From Macrostomum lignano (taxonomy: Eukaryota), in contig NIVC01004840.1 in assembly GCA_002269645.1 (NCBI GenBank), positions 1 to 33,689 on the forward strand: a stretch of DNA of 33,689 nt. The letters run 5' to 3'. The position numbers and the translations under genes are program-made. The first letter of the stretch is position 1, and each line of letters starts with the position of its first letter. This document shows positions 23,872 to 33,689 of the stretch, in pieces. Under the pieces are notes generated by a model. The model did no database searches, was not told where the DNA came from, and saw only the letters and a list, made by a program, of their open reading frames with translations.

Positions 23872-24243
23872 CTAAAGGAAATGAACATCCCCAATATCGA
23901 AAACATAAAGACAATTTCTGGGTTATATTGACTAATAAAAAGCATAATTTTCTATTTTATGAAAGTGATAAAAATCCCATGCATGCTTTACTTGAATTTA
24001 AGACAACCAATTGATGATGAATTTAACCGAGTGAAAATGTTGCTGCTAAACGACATGACGTGCATGGTTAAATTTACACTGATGAGCAATCCTTGGCTCA
24101 TGAGAGATAGTGACCCACAGCGGGTTTTATCGGGTTTCGATTGGTGTTTTAGCTAAATCAAAATAAACAGATTTTTATTTATTTATCGCTAGACTGCCTG
24201 GCAGGACCCATTAATTTCTGCCACTTGTACTGCAACTTTGCGC

Positions 24244-24369
24244 GACTGAACAATTTAAGGTGGATGCGCAAACCCGGAGCGAAATACTAAAAAGCCGTAA
24301 CAAAAAGGCTGGGTAGGCGGCCCCACCGGCTAAGACGAGCAAAGCTCAAAGGCCAGCCAATCGAAACGG
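24244..24369 (-). promoter_or_regulatory. Candidate promoter upstream of gene 8
   Basis: Same motif block, ~370 bp from the ATG; homology ends 8 bp beyond CCAAT. Confidence 0.35.
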
Positions 24370-24589
24370 TACAAGAAGCAGTGTGAGACTCTGCTGCCCT
24401 GACAGACCACCAAGGACACATGCACTACACGTGGATTGTTAAAATTAATATAGAAAATCAACACAACGAGACAAACGTAAAAAACAATAAGTAAAAATTG
24501 CAATGCCACCAGTGTAATTTAAAAAATACACGAAGAAAAACAGTTTTGAAATCAAATATTTGCCTCGCATTTACAAAACTGCATTATGC

Positions 24590-25531
24590 TTAAAACATTC
24601 TGATTACAGGCTGCGATCTGTGCGGAGATGCCGATGCTCGAAGCCCGTCTTTGTACTCAAATGGCTTTTCACCTGTGTGCAGCCTTGAGTGGGAAGAGAG
24701 GCTGCTTGCTTGATTGAATCTTTTGCCGCAAACCTTGCTCTCGAAAGGCTTTTCTCCTGTGTGAAGCCTAGAGTGCTTAGTGAGGCTGCTACTGACACTA
24801 AATCTCTTGCCGCACACCTTGCACTCAAATGGCTTTTCTCCTGTGTGAAGCCTTGAGTGGGAAGAGAGGCTGCATGCTTGATTGAATCTTTTGCCGCAAA
24901 CCTTGCACTCAAATGGCTTTTCTCCTGTGTGCAGCCTAGAGTGCTTAGTGAGGCTGCTGCTGTCACTAAATCTCTTGCCGCACACATTGCACTTGTGCGG
25001 TTTCGCCTTCATGTGCACTGCACTAATGTGAGCTTTGAGGTGGCTTTTTCTGGTGAACTTCTTCTGGCAAGTGTTGCACTGGAACGCCCTCTCGACAGCC
25101 TGAGCTTGACGTTGCCGTGTTGCAGCACTGTTCAAAGCTCGGGTCTTCCCGGCTGACTCGCACTCGTAACGCTTCGTCACTGCAGAACTGCCGGCTGCAC
25201 ACGGCTGCATCGCTGACTCATTGCGAGACTCGACCTGCTCGACCGCCGCCGCTCTGCCAGCTTCTGAGTTGGTCGCAGCCGCCTCCTCTGGCTCCGAGTC
25301 GCAGCCGATTCCGTGTGACCGCACATGATGCAAGTACTGCGCCGCTGCCGATCGGGTGCGGCAGAACCGCCTGGGACAAAAGGGGCAGGCGACAGAGCCC
25401 CGGCGCATCTCTGAGAAACTGTGGGGCTGCGATCTGTGCGGAGATGCCGATGCTCGAAGCGGGTTTCTGCCTGAGCTGCAATGCGGAGCGGTAGGGACTT
25501 CGTCACTTTGTGATCCGGAATGGAAAGACAT
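24590..25531 (-). CDS. C2H2 zinc-finger protein, gene 9 (class B), 5 fingers (one Cys>Ser), rearranged C-terminus
   Basis: 5' part identical to gene 5; ORF ends EYK-DGLRASASPHRSQP-VIRMF*, a repeat of N-terminal sequence. Confidence 0.8.
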   Translation of the reverse strand: MSFHSGSQSDEVPTAPHCSSGRNPLRASASPHRSQPHSFSEMRRGSVACPFCPRRFCRTRSAAAQYLHHVRSHGIGCDSEPEEAAATNSEAGRAAAVEQVESRNESAMQPCAAGSSAVTKRYECESAGKTRALNSAATRQRQAQAVERAFQCNTCQKKFTRKSHLKAHISAVHMKAKPHKCNVCGKRFSDSSSLTKHSRLHTGEKPFECKVCGKRFNQACSLSSHSRLHTGEKPFECKVCGKRFSVSSSLTKHSRLHTGEKPFESKVCGKRFNQASSLSSHSRLHTGEKPFEYKDGLRASASPHRSQPVIRMF

Positions 25532-25778
25532 GCAAAGGAAATGAACATCCCCAATATCGAAAACATAGACAATTTCTGGGTTATATTGACAAATAAAAAG
25601 CATAATTTTTTATTTTATGAAAGTGATAAAAATCCCATGCATGCTTTACTTGAATTTAAGACAACCAATTGATGATGGATTTAACAGAGTGAAAATGTTG
25701 CTGCTAAACGGCATGATGTGCATGGTTAAATTTACACTGATGAGCAATCCTTGGCTCGTGAAAGATAGTGAGCCAAAG

Positions 25779-26305
25779 CCTTCCAGGTAAACTTCCTAAC
25801 ATACAAATTTTTCTTGATTTTTGCTCAATTCTTCCATTATCTCATTCAATTTTTTACTGGAGACCAGATACCAACAATTTCAACTATTAATGCATGGTCC
25901 TCACTTCGGTAAAATAGATTTACAATAAAACAGTTTTTAGTTGCCTTATATATACCTAAACCGCTATCTAAGAGAGCAAGCTCCGTCCAGCCTCCAAAAT
26001 CATTATCAAAGGCTTCGAGCTTGTCCGCCTGGATCGCGCGGGCCTGCAACAAAGGAGCTTACAACGTGACTTCCGATACTGGTGTGATGATGCTTTGGAA
26101 ATTATATATACAGGACCCCTGAACCATCAAGCTTCAGGGAAAGAATGACTCAAAAACAGGCTGGTTAATAGAAGTAAAGCCTGTTGTATATTTGAATATC
26201 GTACGCAACGCGACGATGCCGTTAAACAATTGTTTGAACAGTGCACGCTTACAGATCAAACCGAACTCAATCGGTGCTGTTATCATTTAACACCGCAGTC
26301 TCAAC
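25779..26305 (+). mobile_element. LINE APE endonuclease fragment, copy 3
   Basis: Near-identical to 14153-14685. Confidence 0.55.
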
Positions 26306-26425
26306 CAATTTTACCGGGTTTCGATTGGGGTTTTAGCTAAATCAAAATAAACAGTTTATTTTTATTATCGCTAGACTGCCTGGCAGGACCCATTGATTTC
26401 TGCCACTTGTACTGCAACTTTGCGC

Positions 26426-26550
26426 GACTGAACAATTTAAGGTGGATGCGCAAACCGGAGCGAAATACTAAAAAGCCGTAACAAAAAGGGTGGGTAGGCG
26501 GCCTCACCGGCTAAGACGAGCAAAGCCTAAAGGCCAGCCAATCGAAACGA
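26426..26550 (-). promoter_or_regulatory. Candidate promoter upstream of gene 9
   Basis: Same motif block. Confidence 0.3.
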
Positions 26551-26956
26551 AATTTGGTGTCAGAATTTAAACATTTCTCAGCTGTCTCAGAGACCGGCTT
26601 ATTGGAACTTTACTGGGACAGCATTTTTGACGAATGCACGATGTCAAATGCTTCTACAATCTGACGCGCCAACTCGGAGTTTAAAGGTGCAATTTCTAGA
26701 TGGTGGTGAAGCTGGTAGCAATTATTCTATTGTAAAATATTTATGTAGCTAGGGATTTTCTCAAGTGCTAATGAACTGTACTGTCTTGCGCAATGTGAAA
26801 GATAGAGCTTGTAACAGGGACTACTGAGCACTCCCGACTATGCTCTATACTTTCATTTTCGAGCCGTCCTCTTTAAGTGTTCATGCGAAAAACCGCTAAT
26901 CGGAGACACAAGCCCATAGATTTGAGATTTCATTACTAACACGACAACAAACAGCA

Positions 26957-27580
26957 TGGTGTCAGAGGAACACAGCTAACGATTAACTCTTTAGCGCATA
27001 CATCATTCAGTCGCTATACAGCTAATAATCTAATTCAAAGCCGACGCTTCGATACACATGGCTGGCTGATACAGGAGAGTTGAAGCCACCAGCATCCATC
27101 GTATTCGATGAGAACAAATGAAGAAGTGGAAACATGAATTGCTGGTTTCGCACTCTCCCTCACAGCCGCGAAGCGAGATAATGAAAGCGACGAGCTGAAG
27201 ACCGCCATTCTGCTCACAGCACTTGGAAGGTCTTTCAAGGTCAAAACAGCAGAAACAGAAAGATTCCTCGCAAAACGCCACGCTAACACCAAACTTGACT
27301 CGATTCCCGAAAGCATGCAATTTTTTTCAAAATTCGACAATTAAGACAGCATATGAGCACTATGATTAAAGTGCATCGAAACAGGTTACTCGGAGGGCAC
27401 CAAGTGATTCAGCCACCCAGCCGAAACTCTATATGACGGATTCTGATCAAGTTGTGAAGCTATCGGACAACTACAGATCGACCTAACTTTGGCAATTTGT
27501 GACTTCGCTAACTCAATAATTAGAAAGCTGACAATCACCGAACTATCAGTCTATAATATTCGTGCCTACTGTGCGCAGAA
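26957..27580 (+). mobile_element. Gypsy-like remnant family 1, copy 4
   Basis: Homologous to 2895-3500. Confidence 0.55.
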
Positions 27581-27868
27581 TTTTATAAGCAAAAATTAAA
27601 ATAAGTCAAACGAGAAGTAGCATAAGTGCCGAGTACTCGTACAGTACGCAATGTGACTACTGGAAAAAAACTGAAAACATTTGGCAGCAACAGCTCATCA
27701 GTGCATCAACTTCCTCATGCATCCTAAAGGAAAGATTCAAGACAAAGCATAATTACATAGAAACAAAAAGCTGTTAAACGATTGCAAGTACTCGTACACT
27801 GAAAACGCCTGGAGCACAGAAAAACAAAGATCGTGTGTCCATTTCTACAATCACGGTGCGCAAAGTTA

Positions 27869-29291
<1,423 letters not shown>

Positions 29292-29369
29292 AATTATACT
29301 TTCAATTTTTCAGGAAAAATACATTCACCCTACATGAGGACCTAAAAGATTAAAGAACGTAGAGAAAAC

Positions 29370-30831
29370 ATTTGGTGCCATAGTTGAAACATTTCTCAAA
29401 AGAGCATTAGGCACTCCTTTCAGGGGTGGCAATTTTGGTCCTACTCGTACTGACAGACCGATTTATTGGGACATTACTGCGGCACAATGTGGTCTAAGCT
29501 GTGTGCACGGAATAGGTCGATATGAACTGTAGAAGCAAATCTTGAGCCCTGTAACTCTTTGTGGCTGAATTTAAATAATCGAAATTTACGCAGGCCCAAG
29601 CCTACGAGATCTCACACATCAAATGAGTTTGTGTGTTGGTAAACATGTTGTTTTAGTAAACATGGCCAAGGTACAATAGCTGTAATGCCCATGCTTTGCA
29701 GTCGTTAATGAAAATATCATTTTCCACAGACGCAAGTTGTCTGGTGCTTCTCCAGTCTGACGCGCAATTTAGAATTCCAAGGTGCAAATTAACAGCTGGC
29801 TAAGGATATTCTTGGTTATTTTCTTATTCTTATTCTTAGAGCTTGAGTCACACCAGCTGACTGGCGCCAGGGAGCTAAGTACTCATATAAATGCTTTTGA
29901 GAAATGTTTCACACAAAAATTGAAATTCCAACTCCATTACTCCATAGCTTATTTCTCCGTGGAAATATATGAAGAGGACACTATGAAAACAAATTCATTA
30001 TCTAATAAGAAGCCATCTAATAATTAAAAAAAGTATATTATAAGGGTATTAACTTGGAAATTAGAGAATGGTAGAGAAAATGAGATCAGATGAGTTGCCG
30101 CACAGTTATCAGGGTGGCTAGGGTGAGTCATGGTGAGGAAGGTCTCGAAGAAGCAACAAAACGGGACAGAGCACCTGTCTAAAATGAGTAAAAGCAAAAA
30201 GAACATTCCTCCAGGTGTTGGCATCTTCCTGTGAAACAGACTGCTGAAGAGCAGTGTGTTCAGACGTCATGCACTTGCACAAGCAAACTCAAAGGGGCAG
30301 TGATTTGGCTTACAACCAGTCGGATGTCATGGCAGGCATGAAGATCTGCATTCAAGCGGCAACACACGTGAAGCATTTCATGACAGGCAAAATGCGTTGC
30401 GGAGAAGCTCAGTGCGGGAAACACTCCATAAGCGGCTCGTCTGCAGGTCCCCGGACTCTGCGGCAAGTCTTCGGCCAGCCCTGCGCTTCTCTGGCTCGCT
30501 GCCGCTCCGCTACCCGCCTCAATGCGATGCCTCAGCAGAGAACTGCTGCAGCTGAAGCACTGAACCAACTTACTCAACTGACTGAATACCCGCTGGTGAG
30601 GATTTAACTGACTAAATGCCCATGAAAACAGCTGCACTCGACAGTTAACAAGCTACATGGCCTATTATAATCAAAACCAAAGAATCAAAACATCAAGACA
30701 AAGATTAAAACTAACAAACAGTTAAAATTTGCAATTGCACTAGTGTAACTTATAAATGCAAGAACAACACGTTTTGGGATTAAATTTCAGTCTAAAGCAT
30801 TTACAAGTCGCACAATGCAGACAATAATTGA
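29370..30831. other. Diverged gene-less paralog of the inter-ZNF spacer
   Basis: Patchy homology to 2494-2640, 5560-5640, 8060-8200, 5800-5960 and the gene 3' flank at ~10900-10990. Confidence 0.65.
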
Positions 30832-30884
30832 TTAGAGACCGGTTAAAAAAAAGACGGTCGCCAAAATGGCTTGCGACTGTTCAT

Positions 30885-31450
30885 TCCGCGACCGTTGGTC
30901 GACCGTATGTCGACCGTTCGTCGACCGTTGCCTGTCACGCGTCGACCGTTGATTTTCGACCGTCGTTTTCGTCGACCTTTGCGACTAACAATGCGACCGT
31001 TTGGGGACCTACTCCTGCGACCGTTCCTGCGACCGTCCATCGACCGTTCCCACGACCGTCCATCGACCATTCCCGCGACCGTCCATCGACCGTTCCCACG
31101 ACCGTCTATCGACCGTTCCCACGACCGTCTATCGACCGTTCCCGCGCCCGTTCCTGCGACCGTCCATCGACCATTCCTGCGACCGTCCATCGACTGTTCA
31201 TCGACCGTTCCTGCGACCGTTCATCGACCGTTCCTGCGACCGTTCATCGACCGTTCCTGCGACCGTCCATCGACTGTTCATCGACCGTTCCTGCGACCGT
31301 TCATCGACCGTTCCTGCGACCGTTCATCGACCGTTCCTGCGACCGTCCATCGACTGTTCATCGACCGTTCCTGCGACCGTTCCTGCGACCGTTCCTGTGA
31401 CCCGTCCTGCGACCGTTCGTCCTCCTTTCATCGACCGTTCAGCGACTGTT
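30885..31450 (+). repeat. CGACCGT-based minisatellite (11/12-bp subunits, 23-bp dimer CGACCGTTCCTGCGACCGTTCAT)
   Basis: Direct inspection. Confidence 0.92.
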
Positions 31451-31907
31451 TGGATTGCTCCGGCGACCCTTCGTCGCCCTAGATCGTATTATGTTCTAAA
31501 AGTCTAAAAATGAAAAAAAGCGTGTAAAGACGGAAACTTTCTTTCGCTACTAATTATTACTTTCGACAAATTGAAGATTTAACGCGTCGAAAATGTAGGA
31601 AGCGTAGACAGTGTAGACATTCTTCCCTGTTTATTTTCTACTTTTGTTATCAATAATACCAAAAAACAAAAACATTTGCGTATATAAACGAAGCGCATAA
31701 AGGAACAAATGCCAAAGGAGTGACAAGAAGTGGCCAGACGGAGGGGAGAGATGAAATTGTAAGCTGGGTATTTAGGTTAATGCAGTGCTAAATGCTAAAC
31801 GCCCAGGCGCATGTGTCTCGCATTTTCGAAACTGCACGTTCAAATTCGTGTGAGCAAGTAATTAATAGCTACATACTTCACGCTGCTCGCGAACATTTGT
31901 GACACTA

Positions 31908-31972
31908 ATTATAACTACTGCTTTAACTGCTATAACTGCTACTGCTATAACTATAACTATTGCTGCTGCTAT
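31908..31972 (+). repeat. Short imperfect ACT/GCT/ATA simple repeat
   Basis: ATAACTACTGCT...AACTATAACTATTGCTGCTGCT. Confidence 0.7.
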
Positions 31973-32891
31973 TTACCCACCACGGCTGCTCGTGTTGGGC
32001 AAGTAGCATAAATTTTTAAATATCGAGCTGGTGCTAGATTTAATGTAGGTGGAGTAAGGGAAAGAAAAAACTGGTGCTCACATTGCCCAAGTAGGAAATT
32101 GCCACGAGCAAGTGTTAGTTTAAGTAGTAAAAAAATAATTCATTTTTTCAATAACTTGCCACACACTGAAGCTGCTGCACTTGTTGCCGTTTCGTTTTGG
32201 TTTATTGTGCTGTTCTAGATGAATAAATACATTCGTCACATATATGGAATTCCATCATCTATGGTAGTGTCACTGAAAGTGTGGAATAATGGCCACATCG
32301 ATTAATTATTGCTTCTGGCTAAAAGTATACATACAATGAGAGAACACAAGCGTCAGGTAAAATGCACAGGTTCGTATAATTGGAACAACAAATGTAATTA
32401 AGTAGTTGGGCTCCGTAGTAGGATGGGATAAAGCTAGGATAGGCTTAGAAAAACGAGGCACAGTTTGCCATGAATGAAAAATATACGAATATTTTGTTAT
32501 GAAAGCAGAAAATGGCAGAAAGGCCCTTAATTAGAGGCACAAAATGCAGAAAATACTTTTATAAGGGATATAAGGCTTCAGTAAAAGGACTTGCAGCATA
32601 TTGGAAGTTTACCTGGAGCTGATTACACACGTCTATTTTTATAGGATTAGTTTCATTTTCAGAAGTACTTCCAATAGACAGTATGCCTTTCTTAATCCCG
32701 TAAATATAAGTAGCATAAAAAACATATAGTTAAAATCGTGACATGGGTCAGCTGGCGTTCTGCAGAAACAATTTTCAACGTGTCCCGATCCGATTTCGTA
32801 GCTTCCATTGCGAATAGACGACCTGATCATGTGCTTCTTTCCATACGTTGTTGGACATTAAGTCACTTGCACTTTTTCATTCTCTAAGTAG

Positions 32892-33017
32892 CGAGAGAAA
32901 GAAGAGAGAAGCAAAACAGACAGAGAGAGAGACAGAAGAGAACAGACAGAGAGAGAGACAGAGAGAGGAGAGAGGGCGGGGGGGGAAAGAGAGAGAGGAG
33001 AGAGAGAGGAGAGTGAG

Positions 33018-33050
<33 letters not shown>

Positions 33051-33109
33051 GACGAGAGAAGACAGACATGAGAGAGAGAGACAGAGACGCGAGAGAGAGA
33101 GATCCAGAG

Positions 33110-33150
<41 letters not shown>

Positions 33151-33178
33151 TAGATAGAGAGAGATCTGTAGAGGGATA
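32892..33178 (+). repeat. Imperfect (AG)n/(AGAC)n microsatellite
   Basis: Direct inspection. Confidence 0.95.
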
Positions 33179-33489
33179 GAGGCAGTTCTCCCTCCATCTG
33201 GATCTCTCTTTAATGTAGCAGACTCCGCTGACATACGGAGTGATCTAGGAGTGACAGACGGAAAAGAACATGGACGGTTAATTTATTACGAAACGACTGT
33301 GGTAACGTATTCCTTTGGGTATATTAAAAGGGTCGACCTCTACAAACGAGCTCATTACCCTCGTTAGCTCTTTAACCCTCGAGGGTTGTTACTTTTCCAC
33401 CCATGGTATGTATAACCACGATCAGTTCTATGATGCGACGAAAGACGGGGCCCCATAGGCCTTCCCAGTAGAAACTAAGCCGCCCCTAG

Positions 33490-33689
33490 GCGGCTTTGCC
33501 GCCTTCGCCAGCACCTCCGACGGTGCCTTCTGCTGACGCTGGCCGCGCTCGCGGCGTTGCGCCTTCGCTGGCCGCCCCCTCGGCAGCGTTGCCGCCTTCG
33601 CTGGCCGCCCCCTCGCAGCGTTGCCGCCTTCGCTGGCCGCCCCTCGCAGCGTTGCCGCCTTCGCTGGCCGCCACCTCGTCAGCGTTGCC
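33490..33689 (+). repeat. GC-rich 31-33 bp minisatellite (GCAGCGTTGCCGCCTTCGCTGGCCGCCCCCTCG), running off the window
   Basis: About 4-5 units visible. Confidence 0.9.

Noticed and set aside
23869-23890. Splice or trans-splice acceptor TTTAG|ATG directly before the start (genes 2 and 8)
   Set aside because: The AG is not conserved in genes 1, 3, 5, 6, 7 or 9, including intact gene 5; an upstream exon cannot be supported without cDNA
30828-31507. Pro/Arg-rich ORFs (RPFLRPSID repeats)
   Set aside because: Translations of the minisatellite on both strands
30832-32890. hAT-like element from TAGAGA (30833) to TCTCTA (32881)
   Set aside because: Only a 6-bp inverted match and no 8-bp TSD
32848-33234. 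RE-rich and LS-rich ORFs
   Set aside because: Products of the AG microsatellite

Overview
Eukaryotic (probably metazoan; organism not identifiable from this window) genomic DNA. It is dominated by a tandem cluster of ten intronless-looking C2H2 zinc-finger (ZNF) genes and pseudogenes, all on the - strand. The cluster is arranged as about 2.6 copies of an ~11-11.5 kb higher-order unit starting at 1, 10945 and 22407. Paralog classes, named here A-D by their flanks, share an N-terminal region with an atypical CPFC-X16-HVRSH finger and a near-invariant first finger. They then carry 3-11 further 84-bp fingers whose DNA-contact helices are shuffled, duplicated and exchanged between paralogs on a homogenised backbone. 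No KRAB, SET, BTB or ZAD domain is visible. Spacers carry degenerate + strand remnants of two Ty3/Gypsy-like gag genes and a LINE-like endonuclease. Two of the units contain a 42-bp G-rich TTAGGG-containing satellite (~2 kb and ~0.85 kb), and its apparent unexpanded seed is visible at ~30111. The right end is a gene-less diverged spacer followed by minisatellites and microsatellites. Several frameshifts are 1-bp homopolymer changes and may be sequencing errors. All alignments were done by eye and TE boundaries are approximate.
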